DNA of 64,000 bases from Octopus vulgaris (Eukaryota). The notes under the pieces are model-generated. The model made no database searches and was not told the DNA's origin. It saw only the letters and a program-made list of their open reading frames with translations. This document shows, piece by piece, positions 38,790 to 52,192 of the stretch (the first letter of the stretch is position 1; every line of letters starts with the position of its first letter). The DNA lies in assembly GCA_951406725.2 (NCBI GenBank), contig OX597823.1, positions 34,224,001-34,288,000 on the forward strand, written 5' to 3'. The position numbers and the translations under genes were made by a program.

Positions 38790-39120
38790 TTACTACGTGG
38801 AAATACAGTCTAAATAGCTGTAAATAGGTACTATGTAGTGGTACAGTTTACATCCATGCAAATAGGTACCATGTAAAAATACAGTCTACAGAGTGATAAA
38901 TAGGTGCCATGAGGAAGTACAGTGTACACAGTTGAAAACTGGTACCACATGGTGGTGCAGCCAGCAAAACTGTAAATGGGGGCGGTATGGCAGTACAGTT
39001 GGTTTAGTTGTAAACAGGCACCAAGGGGAAGTACACTCTGCATAGTTGTAAATAAGTACCACATGATGGTATAAACTACAGAGCTGTGAATGGGTACCAT
39101 AAGGAGGTATAATCTACTTG
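38790..39120. repeat. Old diverged 38-bp tandem array (~8-9 units)
   Basis: tacag..taaataggtaccat..gg period starting at 38804, 38842, 38880 and onward. Confidence 0.8.
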
Positions 39121-42047
39121 GCAGGAAATAGATGCTACGTGAAGTAGCTGTACACAGTATAAGTGAATGCTTTGTTAGTTTGCAAAGTTTGGTTCAAACA
39201 GTATAATATTAACACTCCAAGACTGACAGGGGTGGAATCCAGAGAGAGAAGAGTTTCTCAGCATCTAGAAATCTGGGATAAACTCCAACCCACCTTTACA
39301 CAGTGTACCAAAATACATGTATGTGCACACACACCATAAAACAGATACACACACAGAATGTGTAAAAAGAAAAAAGTCAATGGTAACGAGTAAATGAATG
39401 AGATATTAATGCAGAGAGACAAGAATCCATAGCTTATTGAAACTGTTGGTTTTGTGCCACAAGAACTGTGACGTTCACAGCAGGGAAACAGGGTAAGGAG
39501 ATGGTTGTGGGGTATGAAGAGGGAATGAAGAGTGATGGAAATAGTGATGGTGACTGGGGGGCTGTGGCAGGTTTACCTTAGGTATGAGTATATACAGATG
39601 TGTGTGTATGTATGAGAGAGTGAGAGAGAGAGCTCTTTGTATATAACTGAAAGACTGCGTGAGAGAGAAAAACTTCATAAGTCCCAGTGAGAGAGACTTG
39701 AGTTATATTTACAGTAGATGGAGTAAAATCCAAGCGAACACAAAGAAGTTACATGTCCATCATCATTATTTTGTAATATTTGGTATAATGCTACAAACAT
39801 CGAGGAAGAGATGGAGTAGATGCGATCGACCAGTGCTTGACTTAAGCTAAATTTAAACTTCGGTAGTAACAATTCTGGATAGAATATAGTGGAATTGGAA
39901 AAGAAGATTTTGGTGTCTTTTCAGATTCTGTGTTCAAATCTTGTCAAAGTTGACAATGCCGTACCTCCTCTGGGGATCGATAAGTCTTCGAAATACAAAG
40001 AAAGTCGGTTCAGTGCATGGTCTCCACAAGCATTATCGCTAAGCAACCAAATCTTCTTCAAAACCACACTGGTGTTTTTGATAAAGTATAATACATTAGA
40101 AAAGATTGATTGATTACAGCCAGAACACTTTTGATCATAGGTTTAGTCTGTCTGGACTGACCGGGGGTTAAACGGTATATTATGGTCTTGTGACAATGTA
40201 AGAAGAAAAATCAATAACGATTTCTTAACGGCAGGTAAAAATGGGATTTGGTGACAAACAATCACAATAATTACATTATAACCAAAGCATGATTCTACTC
40301 CATCTAGAATACACGTGAATATTGATGTTTCTAGCATTAAAAGATCAATAACATCTGAAATTTATTCCCTGGAAGGCAAGGATTATTGAGAGCGACTGAA
40401 AGAGATGAAGGTCTGTTCAACAGAATGAACACCAGAGTTATGCCAATCTATATCTAGAAACTTGCAAAACCTGGCACCACAGAAAACAAAGATTTTCATA
40501 ATGTCAAGAGAAGAACATCTTTCCAATGTACACCAGTTGCTCAAATGAAGCAGAGACACTGGGAGGAAATTCGTCCCAAATCACAGGTTGAAAACTCCTA
40601 ACGCATTGTGTCAAAAGAAGGCAAATTTTGACAAATACCTATGAACAATTTCAAACTGAAAACGAATTCCTTATTACAGATGGTAAAGGAGTTAAATTCA
40701 AACCTTGGAACATTCTAACAACCATTAGAAATTCTTACCGACACAAGGGCAAAAAAATTGTTTTGTCAAAGACATTAGCGATGTCAGTGAAATTAAATCA
40801 GCTGGTTACAACCGAGTTGAAAACTTTGCACAATAATTTCTCTTCATAAAAACAATGAGGAAAGAGTGTGGGAGGGAAGAGAATACGATGATTTACGTGA
40901 AACCCGTTATTAAACCCTTCAACTTGGATAAAGCAAAAAGGTTTATTTTGTGTGCTAACCTCAACCATCCTGTCTGTTTCAATTAGGCCAGTGCCTGCTT
41001 AGCCTATCCATAAGGTTTTACATACCTATAGGTGAAACGAATGAAACTGTATAAGCCATAAGGTTCACCCTGATTGAGCAAATCTATGAACACAAGCTTT
41101 CAGGGGTGACCATCCTGTAGTTTTTTTAGGAATACATCCCTTATTTAAGATTCTCAGGTGTGAGTCAAGATTTTGGCTTCTGTTTCTAGCAGGTAATTGG
41201 TTGGAAGAGACACAGGTGAAATATAAGGCTGAGCACTTTTGCTCACCAATTCTTCTACTATAATAATAACAAGAAGAAGAAGAATTGTATCAGTCAATCA
41301 AGAAATTCTATGAGGGTGCTTGCTAGAGAAAATCTCAACTTTAAGTACATCAATATTGTAATAAAATCAACACTCAGAACTGATGAAAGTGCTGAAAGAG
41401 TTGCCTTGCTCGTTATTATGATAGAAACAATAAGACTAAGAACAAAGGAGGAGAGTTGTTGAAGAGAGACAATATTCGAGATAAACACTTAAATCTAGTC
41501 TGTATTGTCAACAGACAATGAAGAGACAGTAAACAGCATTGAGAACTAAGGAAGATGTCTTAGACTGTTCTCGACACCTGTATCTTCCCATTCCTTCTGG
41601 CCTCTGAACAAAAAACTCAGACGTTAACAAATTATACAGCCGTGATACACAAATTTCACACGCACACACATACGTGCATGTGCAAGTTGACAGTGACTTT
41701 GCAGTTTCGGTTCCTTAGATTATAGGAAGCGACGAAATCAACAGAACGAAAACTTCGCAAGCACTGTCAATAGAACCTATGTAAAAATAAAACTAGATAT
41801 GATACTTCATTCAGCTAAATATACTGAGTGATCCTTCGCTTTAAATATAAACTATATACATAAGGTATAACACTTTATACGTTATATACAGTTGTGAATT
41901 TCATTTTGTTTACTTCCTACTTATAAACGATGGGACTACCTATGTTGTTGAGGCACACAGTTACATATATATACACACGTGTGCGTATATATTTATATAT
42001 AACTGCATTGCGTTAAATGGACTTTAAAAATCCACAATATTAGACGT

Positions 42048-42086
<39 letters not shown>

Positions 42087-42355
42087 GTTTATAATAATAA
42101 ATGTAACAGAAAAATCTTATCGAGAGAGATACATTATGAAGAATAAGAGCTTTAAAAAAATCTGCACAGAAATAGTTAATATAAAACAAAATAGTGAATA
42201 TAATCATTAATAAATTAAAAAACAATGACAATTGATTAAGAAAAGGAAAAAGAAATAGTGAATATCGTGTGTGGGTTTGTGGTGAGACTTGGTAAGTGGC
42301 AGACATAAATGTGGAAAGAAAGAAGAAATAATATATTAGATGGAGTGGAACAAAC

Positions 42356-42403
42356 CTCTTCGACTGAGAGTGGCATACATATTCTGTATTCTTTAATATA
42401 CAT
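42356..42403 (-). CDS. PITPNC1: Cytoplasmic phosphatidylinositol transfer protein (PITPNC1/RdgB-beta-like), coding exon 1: MYIKEYRICMPLSVEE
   Basis: ATG at 42403 (acaATG), 48 nt, then donor GAG|GTTTGT (phase 0). Peptide matches the PITP N-terminus (vertebrate PITPNC1 MLLKEYRICMPLTVDE) and joins exon 2 in frame. Confidence 0.93.
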
Positions 42404-43450
42404 TGTCTTTTTTTTATTATTATTATTTCTTGTGTTCTCCAATTACTTTGACTGGACTTTGGCAGGGCAGGCTTGAAGAAGCGTTTCACTATAAATATAG
42501 AGGCGATGTTTATTGTTCACTACAAGTTAGTATTTAAACAATAGCTGCAAGGAGATGATGGAATTGGCCGCGATGTAAGCTGTTTGTTATATATTTAAGA
42601 TGTGAATGAAAATTAGTCGTCAACACTTTGAACAGCCGGTCGAGTGAAAGGTCAGTGTTTGGTGGTTCCCAGGTAAACAGTGTGTGCAGATGCACTGTCG
42701 TTGGTGCACTGCAAGACAACGACTGAGGCCAGTAAGTTGTTGGAGCAACATCTTCAATAAGCCATGTGCTTGCCGTGATTCGAGGACCGCCTCCAGCGAC
42801 TCCCTTCTTTTTCTACTCCGTCTCTTCCTCACACACCTTCCTCGCTTCTTTTAACTCTTCCTTTCACCATCTCTCCCACCTTCACCAATTAACACATAAC
42901 ACTTTCAGGTGATGTTCACCGTGAAACCTACTTTACTGCTTACCCTCGCTCCTCACCTCTTTCTTCTATCCCCCTCTCTCTCACTTAAGCTACTTACTTG
43001 TCATTCTTTCTATCTCTCTCTTTCTCTCGCTAAGCTACTTACTTTTCTCTCTACTTTTTCCTTTCTACTACCCTCCACTCCCTCTCTTTCAGGCCTCCTA
43101 ATAACCCCTCACTATCTCACTAATCTATATTTTGTCTACTGCTCTCTCTCTCTCTCTCTCTCTTTCTCTCTTTGCAGCCTCCGCTGTTTACCCACCTCTC
43201 TTCTCTCTCTCTCTCTCTCTCTCTCATCGATATTCCCAGGTTTCACATCCTGTTGCATTCTATCGATCAGTTTCCTATAACATTCGAGCGGTGCAATTGA
43301 GACAGGGAGGTGTTGGATTACATACACACTTCACAGTATTTAGATTTCGTTCTCTTCTGTAATTGACTTTTTCTCTTATCCTCCCAGGTCCAACCAATAA
43401 CGTAATTTACTTTTAAATTATTACAGATAGTTATTGGTTGATTGAATTAA
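42404..43450 (-). promoter_or_regulatory. Probable 5' UTR / promoter region of the PITPNC1-like gene
   Basis: Directly upstream of the ATG, TE-poor, CpG-retaining (42480-42850), long CT/GA tracts (42800-43230), two DRE-like ATCGAT words (~43226, ~43262), CCAAT (~43395). Possible acceptor ctctatatttatag| at ~42489. TSS not determinable. Confidence 0.45.
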
Positions 43451-45039
43451 CCCTTACGATACTAGTTTCGTAGAAGTTAGAGAACGAAAGTTGAAGTCAT
43501 CTCTGGCAGCATTTTTAATTGAGATAGAAAAAAGATTTAACCTTAAATACTGTTAGATTCGCTGCCCTTGCTACCCCTACTCATAGTTGTGTAACGAATT
43601 AAGCGTTCTCCAGTATAAACATTAGCATTGCACCAGTTCTAGGCGACTCACTGGCAGTGTGAATAAAACGTATTTGTTCCATCTCTGCGTTCGAATCGTG
43701 CCAAGGTCAACTTGGCCTTTCGACTCTTTCAGTACTAATCCAAGGCAGCGGATTAGTGAATTGTAAATAAAATTTAAAAAAACAAAAATCATTGGACAAG
43801 ATGCTTTGCAGTATTTGTTCTAAACGGCTCTTTGCGTTCTGAGTTCAAATCCTGCCATGGCTACTTAGGTGGTAGACTTGACTCAACGTCCAGTTTAACA
43901 CGACAGCCTGACACCTTTGGAGGCCTTTAACAGAGTCTATATGGGCCAGGTTTCCTCCTTTGAGGGTATCTTCTCTCTCACTAGTCTTAAAGAATTTTTA
44001 TCTTTTATTTATTCAAGTCATGCTGGAGCACCGCCTTGAAGGGTTTAGTTGCACAAATCGCTCCCCACTACATATTTTTAAAGCTAGGTACTTATTCTAT
44101 GGGCCCCTTTGTCAGACTGCCAAGTTACAGGGACACTGGGTGTCAAGTAGCAACCGGGAACAAACACCGAAAGATACACACACACATAGATATAGTAATA
44201 CAACAGGCTTCTTTCAGTTTCTATCTACCAAGGCTACAGTAGATGACAATTGCCCAGGATGACATGTAGTGGGACTGAACTCAAAATCATATGATTTGAA
44301 AGCAAACCTCTCGCCACACAGCCCTGGCTGCACCTTTGACTGAAAGCTAAAAATAAAATCATTTGACAGTGAACTGTGTTGGGGAAGGAATCTTAACATG
44401 GTACCTGCTTTCAGCTAAGTGGACTGTGCTATATATCAGTCATTTCACTGGTAGTGAAATGTGATGTAGTTAGTTTCTGAAAGAGAAACACTCAGAAAGA
44501 CACATAAGTTGGACACAGCAAGCTTATTGGTTGATGGTTCATATCTAAACCATCCTTCTCCCCAACTGGGTTTATCTACTCATCTAGCGGTGGTCAGAAT
44601 TCCATCTGGAATGGCTATGAAAAACGAATCAAAAATATTAGCTGCTGCTATAAACTATAAGGTGGTTGAAACACTGCATAAACATTTCAAACATCATTAT
44701 CACAGTTTTATATCCTCTTTTTCCTGCCTGAATGGTTTAAACAGAATTTGTTGAGGTGGATTTTCTATAGCCAGGTGCCTTTCCTGTTGCCAACCCTCAC
44801 CCACTTCTGGGCAAAGTAATATTTCTTCTATGACCAGACATGTTTCTGTGGATAACTGGAAATGATTGACACTACTCAAGTGACAAACATTCTTTGACGA
44901 CGATCATACGTTGTCAGGACACCAGGTTGACACACACACACACACACACACATATACATACACACACTGTCCAATCCATATCAGCCTAGGAAACAGAGAT
45001 TAATCAATGATGATAATGCTGACGGTGACGATATATATG

Positions 45040-45470
45040 CAGGGTGCAGTGAATAAACTGTCATCTAAATTACACAAAAATGAAAATATAACTGACATCT
45101 CATTTTAACATATATTTACGAAAATTACATAAAAATATCTTAAAATACTAAAGAGTAAATTTATTCAATAAAATCACCATTGGTTTCAAATACGACCTCC
45201 AGACGACTTCAGAATCTCCAGCAACCCTTCTGGACGGTCCCCTTGTTTAAATTGGTAACTGTTATCATAATCCTTGCCTTCAGTTCATCTTTGGTGTTAC
45301 AAGGAGTTTTGTTGGTCTCTCACTCAACTGCAGTCCACACATAACACTCAAGGAGATGGTAGTCTGGGGAGTTAAATGGCCAGATGTTAGGGGTGATGTG
45401 GTTGCAGAAATTATCTGACAGCCATGACTGGGTTCTCCTGCTTGAGTGACATGGTGCAGAGTCCTGCACA
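45040..45470 (-). mobile_element. Tc1/mariner-superfamily (maT/DD37D-like) 3' end with terminal repeat
   Basis: Minus strand: QDSAPCHSSRRTQSWLSDNFCNHITPNIWPFNSPDY..YVW..PCNTKDELKARI..GDFIE*; ends in a cagggtg-type terminus next to TA. Confidence 0.75.
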
Positions 45471-45603
45471 AAATCCATTAAATTCACTTCAACATTTTGA
45501 CAAATTAAATTTTAATGTTGAAGTGAATCTAACGGATTTTGTGTTTCCTAAATGGCTTATAAACACCTTCCACGCTGCAATTGTTATATATATAACTCTT
45601 TTA

Positions 45604-45987
45604 ACTCTTACTTGTTTCAGTCATTTGACTGCGGCCATGCTGGAGCACCGTCTTTAATCAAGCAACTCGACCCCGGGACTTATTCTTTTGTAAGCCCAGT
45701 ACTTATTCTATCGGTCTCTTTTGCCAAACCTCTAAGTAACGGGGACATAAACACACCAGCATCGGTTGTCAAGCAATGCTAGGGGGACAATCACACACAT
45801 GCATATATATATATACATATATATGACGGGCTTCTTTTCAGTTTCCGTCTACCAAATCCACTCACAAGGCTTTGGTTGGCCAGAGGTTATAGTAGAAAAC
45901 ACTTGCCCAAGGTGCCATGCAGTAGGACTGAACCCGGAACCATGTGGTTGGTAAACAAGCTACTTACCACACAGCCACTCCTGCGCC
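45604..45987 (-). mobile_element. Well-preserved tRNA-derived SINE family A (other copies ~1935-2232, 6460-6910, 14315-14705, 25130-25535, 27995-28420, 29120-29492, 37910-38285, 44010-44330, 53200-53530, 62660-62890)
   Basis: ggcgcaggagtggctgtgtggtaag (A box)..gggttcagtcc (B box)..internal (TA)n..ccagcatggccgcagtcaaatgactgaaacaagtaag. Confidence 0.85.
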
Positions 45988-46312
45988 ATATATATTAAAA
46001 TTAATCAAAGGACATACTATGTATGTTGAGAGATTGTCTCGGCCTGCTTACCTGCAGTCAGTTGATTTCTGTAGTTATTATCAGTGTATTTTCAGTGATT
46101 TAAATAAGAGTTTTGACTGTTATTTCCAGCAGGTAATCATGCTTAGTATGCCCTTTGATTAATTTTGATCCTTCAGCTATTTAATGCTTTTTGGGGTCTA
46201 CAATCACTTATATTATTGATTCTGTTATTATCATTTTTAATTGTTAAACTAGATAATAACAGAGTCAATAATATCTTTGCAAATATTTTCTCCTGAATTA
46301 TTTGCTCCGGAT

Positions 46313-46361
<49 letters not shown>

Positions 46362-46365
<4 letters not shown>

Positions 46366-46786
46366 ATACAAATAAGAAAATGGAGAAACAAATTTAGTTT
46401 GTTCATCAACTTACGGATATTATAATGTTAGATTATTTATGGTTGTATATTTTCCATCTAATCCTGTGGATAAATTCATTAATCCTATATATTAGTTCCT
46501 TAGTGTAATAGTCCTTGGTTGGTATGGGTATATCTTTCAGTGATAACCATAAATAATCTAACATTATAATATCCGCAAGTTGATGAACAAACTAAATTTG
46601 TTTATCCATTTTCTTATTTGTATTATAAATTTACGGTAAAAATACTTCACCTGTTTAATACAATAAATGAATTAATTGCATTGCAATTAAAAACATTTAT
46701 GTATTAAGAATTTGGGTACTTTACCAGCAGTATATTGGATAAATGATATCCCATAGTGGGTTACACCCATAACCCCTCTCTTACTT

Positions 46787-46790
<4 letters not shown>
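46362..46790. mobile_element. Fold-back element in (TA)n, arms 46362-46444 / 46545-46627
   Basis: 83-bp near-perfect inverted arms, unique extension on the right, (TA)n both sides. Confidence 0.75.
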
Positions 46791-46831
<41 letters not shown>

Positions 46832-46848
46832 TCACATACATACATATA

Positions 46849-49425
46849 TCATCATCATCATTATCATTGTTTAACATCTTCTTTCTATGCTGGCATGGGT
46901 TGGACAGTTTGACAAGAGCTGGCCAGGCAGGAGCCCGCACCAGACTTCTGTGTCTGTTTTGCTATGGCTTTTACAGCTGGATGCCCTTCCTAACACCAAC
47001 CACTCCACAGAGTGGACTGAGTGCTTTTTATGTGACACAAGCACAGGTGAGGTCAGTTTTGGCATGGTTTTTAATGGCTGGATGCCCTTCCAAATGCCAG
47101 CCACTTTACAGTATGGATTTGATGCTTTTTATGTGGCACCAGCACCGGCAGGGTCACCAAGTAACTTGCAAAACAAGGAACCTTTGAGAGGGGAGAGGGA
47201 ATTTGAGAAGGAGATCTTGTGTCAGATGATGAAAGGTCATAGTGAGAGAGAGAAACAGATGTCTTACTGTAGGGGAGGTACAAGGTTACCCAGCCAGAAA
47301 GAGAGAGACGAGGGAGAAATGCAGACAGAAACAGGTGGGCTGCTGTAAAGGAGATACATGGTTACTCAACCTGAATGAAGTGCAGGAGAAGGGAAGAGAG
47401 AGTGGGGAAGAGCAGGAGAGAAATGTGGCAAAGTACTGGGCATACTCACAAGAGACAGGGATCAAAATATAAATGGGATGGTCAAGCAAAAGAAGAGAGA
47501 GATAGATAATAGCAAGTGCCAGGGCATACCCTTGAGGTACAGAGGTCATAATTTAAGTGGCAGGGCATTGCTGAAGAAACATGAGTAGAGAGTGGAGGAG
47601 AGAAATGTAGTGAGTGATGTAAACCTGAGAATATGATGGGGGCAGGGCTACTGGATAGCAATGATACAGTGAGGACAAGATTGGGGAGTGAGAGCTAAGC
47701 ATAGTATATGAAAGAGATGTGTGGAAGAGAAGAGATGTAGTTTGGTTTGTTGGGGTAGGGTATGTGAAGAGTTTTCTTGTTACATGTGGGTAGAACACAC
47801 AGCACTTCTAGAACTCAGTTTCACTGACATGGGTGGGTCTTCTGAAGAACTTCATATCACCAGACACCTCAGTCCATTGTCATTTTCTCCATGAGGCTCA
47901 TCATCCTGTGATTAGTCCTTACCACTTCATCCCATGTCTTCATGGGTCTCCTTCTTCCATGGGTACCATCCACTTTCAGTCATCAGCACTCCTTTATGCA
48001 GCTATCTTCATTTATACACATCATATGTCCAAACCAATGTAGTCTTCTCTCTCTTGCTTGCTACATTTGATTCCTCTTATGCCAAACTTTTCTCTCAATA
48101 CATTTGCATTTAGTTGTACATGTGCACTGATGTTCTACATCCAACAGAGCATACTGCCTTCATTTCTCTCCAGTCTACATATGTCTTCTGCATTCAGAGC
48201 CCATATCTCATTACCATGGAGTATAGCCATTCGTACACAAGCATCATATGGTCTACTTTTCATTCTGAGAGAGAGAGAAGCCTTTTGTTGCCAATAGAGG
48301 TAATAGCTTTCTGAACTTCCTCCACCTAATTCTTATTCTAGAAACAATACTTTCAGAGCATCCTCCACCATTGCTAATTTGGTCACCTAGGTAACAGAAA
48401 CTATCTACAATCTCAAGAGAGCCTCCTGGGCATTTGAGAGAATCTAAGTCCCATGTACTCTTAGTGCTTATTATTCCTGCACATCTGCCACAAACGAAGA
48501 CAACGTTATCTGTTAATCTACCTGTGATTCCACTGCACCTCTTGTGTGTCCATAGTTTACACTGGGTACAGCGAGTGGAATTACTTCCACCTCCTTTCCT
48601 ACATATTGAGTAGAGCTATTTACCTGACAGGAAGAGAGTCTTATCTTCTTTCTTGTTAACAACAACTTTAAAGGCCTTTGATTCCAGATTTTGCTTTCAT
48701 ACTTGAAATTTCTTCTCTAATTCAGCTACAAATTTTGCCATAAGAGCGAGATCATCAGCTTATAGAATTTCCCACGGGCAACCAGTTTTGAATTCCTCTG
48801 TTATGGCCTGAAGGTCTATAATGAATAAGAGTGGGCTGGTGAACCCCTACTTGTATGCTAAATTCATCACTGTATTTATGGTCAACTCTCACCTTACTGA
48901 CAGCACCACTGTACATGGCTTGTACAGCTCTAACAAGCCACTCCTCTACTCCTAACTTTCTTAGAATTCACCAGATAACAGAGTGGGGCACTCTGTCACA
49001 AGCTTTCTCCAGGTTGATGAAAGCTAAGTATAATGGCTTACTTTTGGCCAAATACTTTCCCTGCAGCTGTCCCACTAGGAAGAGGGCATCTGTGGTACTC
49101 TGCCCAGGCACAAAACTAAACTGCATCTCATTTAGTTTAATTATATTCCTAATCAATTGAGCTATAACACTCAATCAGTAACTTTCATGACATGGCCTAA
49201 CAGTTATAACCTTTGGAGTTGTTTTTATCTAAGGCATCACCTTTACCCTTGTAGCAGATAACTATAATACTACTACACAAGTCATTGGGGATGGTGCTTT
49301 AGTGAATAACCTGATTAACTATATGGGTAACTAGGCTGTATCCTACGCCACTGGATATTTTAATCATCTCAGCAGTGATTCTTGATGGTCCAGGGGCTTT
49401 CCCTGACTTCATATCCTTAATTGCC
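46849..49425 (-). mobile_element. Older degenerate RTE LINE of a second subfamily (RT remnant ~47890-49425, purine-rich 3' UTR, GAT tail)
   Basis: Minus-strand frames: QFSFVPGQSTTDALF..LAFINLEKACDRVP, SPLLFIIDLQAITEEFKTGCPWEIL*ADDL, PHD cysteines; many stops. Confidence 0.85.
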
Positions 49426-49739
49426 TTATACACACACACACACACACATCATCATCATCATCATCGTTCAACGTCCGTTTTCCATGCTGGCATGGGTTGG
49501 ACGGTTCAACTGGGGTCTGGGAAGCCAGGAGGCTGCACCAGGCCCCAATCGGATCTGGCAGTGTTTCTACAGCTCAATGCCCTTCCTAATGCCATTATAT
49601 ATGTATATATATATATGTGTGTGTTGTGTGTGTGTGTATATATATATGTGTATATATATATATGGTAATTGAGATACAGAAGATACAAAAATTTATGTTT
49701 ATACATATAGACACACACCACAGCTTCTAAAACTATCTT

Positions 49740-50070
49740 TATGTCAGGATATGTCTTGATATTGGTGAAGAGATCTTCCATAGCAGCGCATTTTGCCAGT
49801 TGGTGCAGCTCTTTGTCATCTCCTCCATTTAGCTGTAGCATCATTAGGTCTGCTGTCACCACTTTGTTCTGAGTCCCCCTTGGTCCTCCTCTGCTGGTTC
49901 CACTGACTGGGAGTATTTAGCATGGTCACAAGCAGCAATCATCCTCCATACACATGACCAAACCAGCAGTGGCAACACTGTCATGTTCTTACTCTGGCTA
50001 CTATATTTCTGAACAACCATCTCCCCACTGATTATGTCTCCTATGTAATAGAAGCTATCAACTACATACA
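49740..50070 (-). mobile_element. Internally deleted RTE 3' fragment
   Basis: VVDSFYYIGD..SG and GRP-region similarity to the other RTE copies. Confidence 0.55.
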
Positions 50071-50073
50071 CAG

Positions 50074-50104
<31 letters not shown>

Positions 50105-50780
50105 TGTATGTATGTATGTATGTATGTATGTATGTCATTATTCAGTTTATTTCAAGATTTCTTGCCAGTAGAGAAAGAACTGGTTTCTAACCTTCATCCA
50201 AGGCTCCTTATTTGGAATTTCAACATCAACAACAGGGTATTTTTATATGTATGTATGTATGTATGTATGTGCAGATTTGTGTGTTTTATGTATAAAACAC
50301 CACTTGAGCATGGCCGTTGCCAGTACCACCTGACTGGCCCTTGTGCCAGTGGCACGTAATAGCACCCACTACACTCTCGAAGTGGTTGGCATTAGGAAGG
50401 GCATCCAGCTGTAGAAACTCTACCAGATCAGATTGGAGCCTGGTGCAGCCATCTGGTTCGCCAGTCCTTAGTCAAATCATCCAACCCATGCTAGCATGGG
50501 AAGCAGACGTTAAACGATGATGATGTATGTATTCTCATGCATATAGTTACATATCTATATCTAGACATGCTCATATATATTTAAATAATAAACTTCTGCA
50601 AAGTTTTACAGATTTTTACAGTTCCAGTGATTGATTGGATCTGTAGTCTTTGAATTAGCTTTCTCCTCTCTGATTTTGATAAGCCTAATTTTCCAAGATT
50701 GGTATTTAGTCAGTGTGTTACATATCCTGGTACCTCAATAATTACAGGATGTATGTATATATGCATGTACATCATACGTT

Positions 50781-50844
<64 letters not shown>

Positions 50845-50915
50845 CATACATACATATATATATATGTATGTATATATGTATATGTGTATATATATATATA
50901 AGTATATGTATATGT

Positions 50916-50947
<32 letters not shown>

Positions 50948-52145
50948 GTATATGTATATGTGTATATGTATACATACCTCTATACATATATATTGTAAAT
51001 GCATGTGTGTGTGTGTAATGTTATTCTCATCTAAACTCAAGTTTGAGATTAACATCTAAACAAAACACAACTCATTGACTGGTCTCCAATATCTATGGCT
51101 TGCCAGCTGATTTACTGATTACAACATACTAACTTCACTATATTTTTCCTTTTTCTTCAGTGATGAGGAGTAAACACAGACTGAACTATATAAATTTATG
51201 TATAAACATTGAAAACAAAGTGTTTCTGTGCAAATACACAAAGCCAGTGTATATGTCTTTGTAGATATGTATATATAAAGTGAAACCATAATGCATTTAT
51301 ACATTAGCTTTGTATATCAACTTAGAAGACATTGGTAAGAACTTGAATATGCTTATATAATCAAAATGGAAAAAGAAATATCTGTGCAGCACCCATGGCT
51401 GTTGGAAACATCTTTTTACCCTCAGAATAGTTGAAGCATTGAATAAACTGCTCAGGGCAGTTGTCTGTGGTCAGGACACTAATGAATCCTTCAACAATTC
51501 CAGGGTTTCCTTCAATTCACCAAAACTACACCTGACTTTCTTCTTTCTAACATCTTTTACTCTTCACTTTTCTGTCTTTTATCCTGTATATTGTGGATAC
51601 ACTTTTGGATTTCATTGCTGTCTTTACCTAATGTAAATCATAGCTGCTTCTGCTGCTGTTCGTCGTCATCGTTGTCATCATCATCATCATCATGGAAGGC
51701 AGACGTGAAATCTGGTGTAGCCTTCTATCTGGCCGGCCAGGTAGAAGGCTACACCGGGCTTCTGTGTCTGTTCTGGCAGGGGTTTTACAGCTGGATGTAC
51801 ATTGAAGTGTTTCTACTGGATAGAGATCCTAAGACATGGAATCCAGTTGCATCCTGTTGGTTCAAATGCGTTATTATAAGTCCACTTCAGAAACCCATAG
51901 TGGTAACACCTGGAATAAAACTGCATGGATATGTATACCCTGGATGTACTTATAAGGCAACAGAATCAACAGGATGCAACTGGATGCCAATTCTTAGAAT
52001 ATCTGTGCAGTAGGAACACTTGTCAGACAGATTTAAAGTGAACGTGTTGTATATAATACTGCAATGAACAAGCTATTCAAGATGTATAATCCCCAATTCT
52101 TACTCTTGATGTCATGTATGTGTGTGTGTGTGTGTATGTGTGTGC

Positions 52146-52192
<47 letters not shown>

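Larger units (their letters stand above)
4225..42355 (-). other. Intron 1 of the PITPNC1-like gene (~38.1 kb)
   Basis: Bounded by GT donor (42355) and AG acceptor (4225); the flanking exons join in frame. Filled with repeats. Confidence 0.88.

Noticed and set aside
45930-45987. tRNA genes at A/B-box motifs
   Set aside because: Heads of multi-copy SINEs; no full cloverleaf seen.
50530-50755. Another TA-flanked unique segment as a ribozyme element
   Set aside because: Context is similar, but no inverted arms or recognisable core were found.
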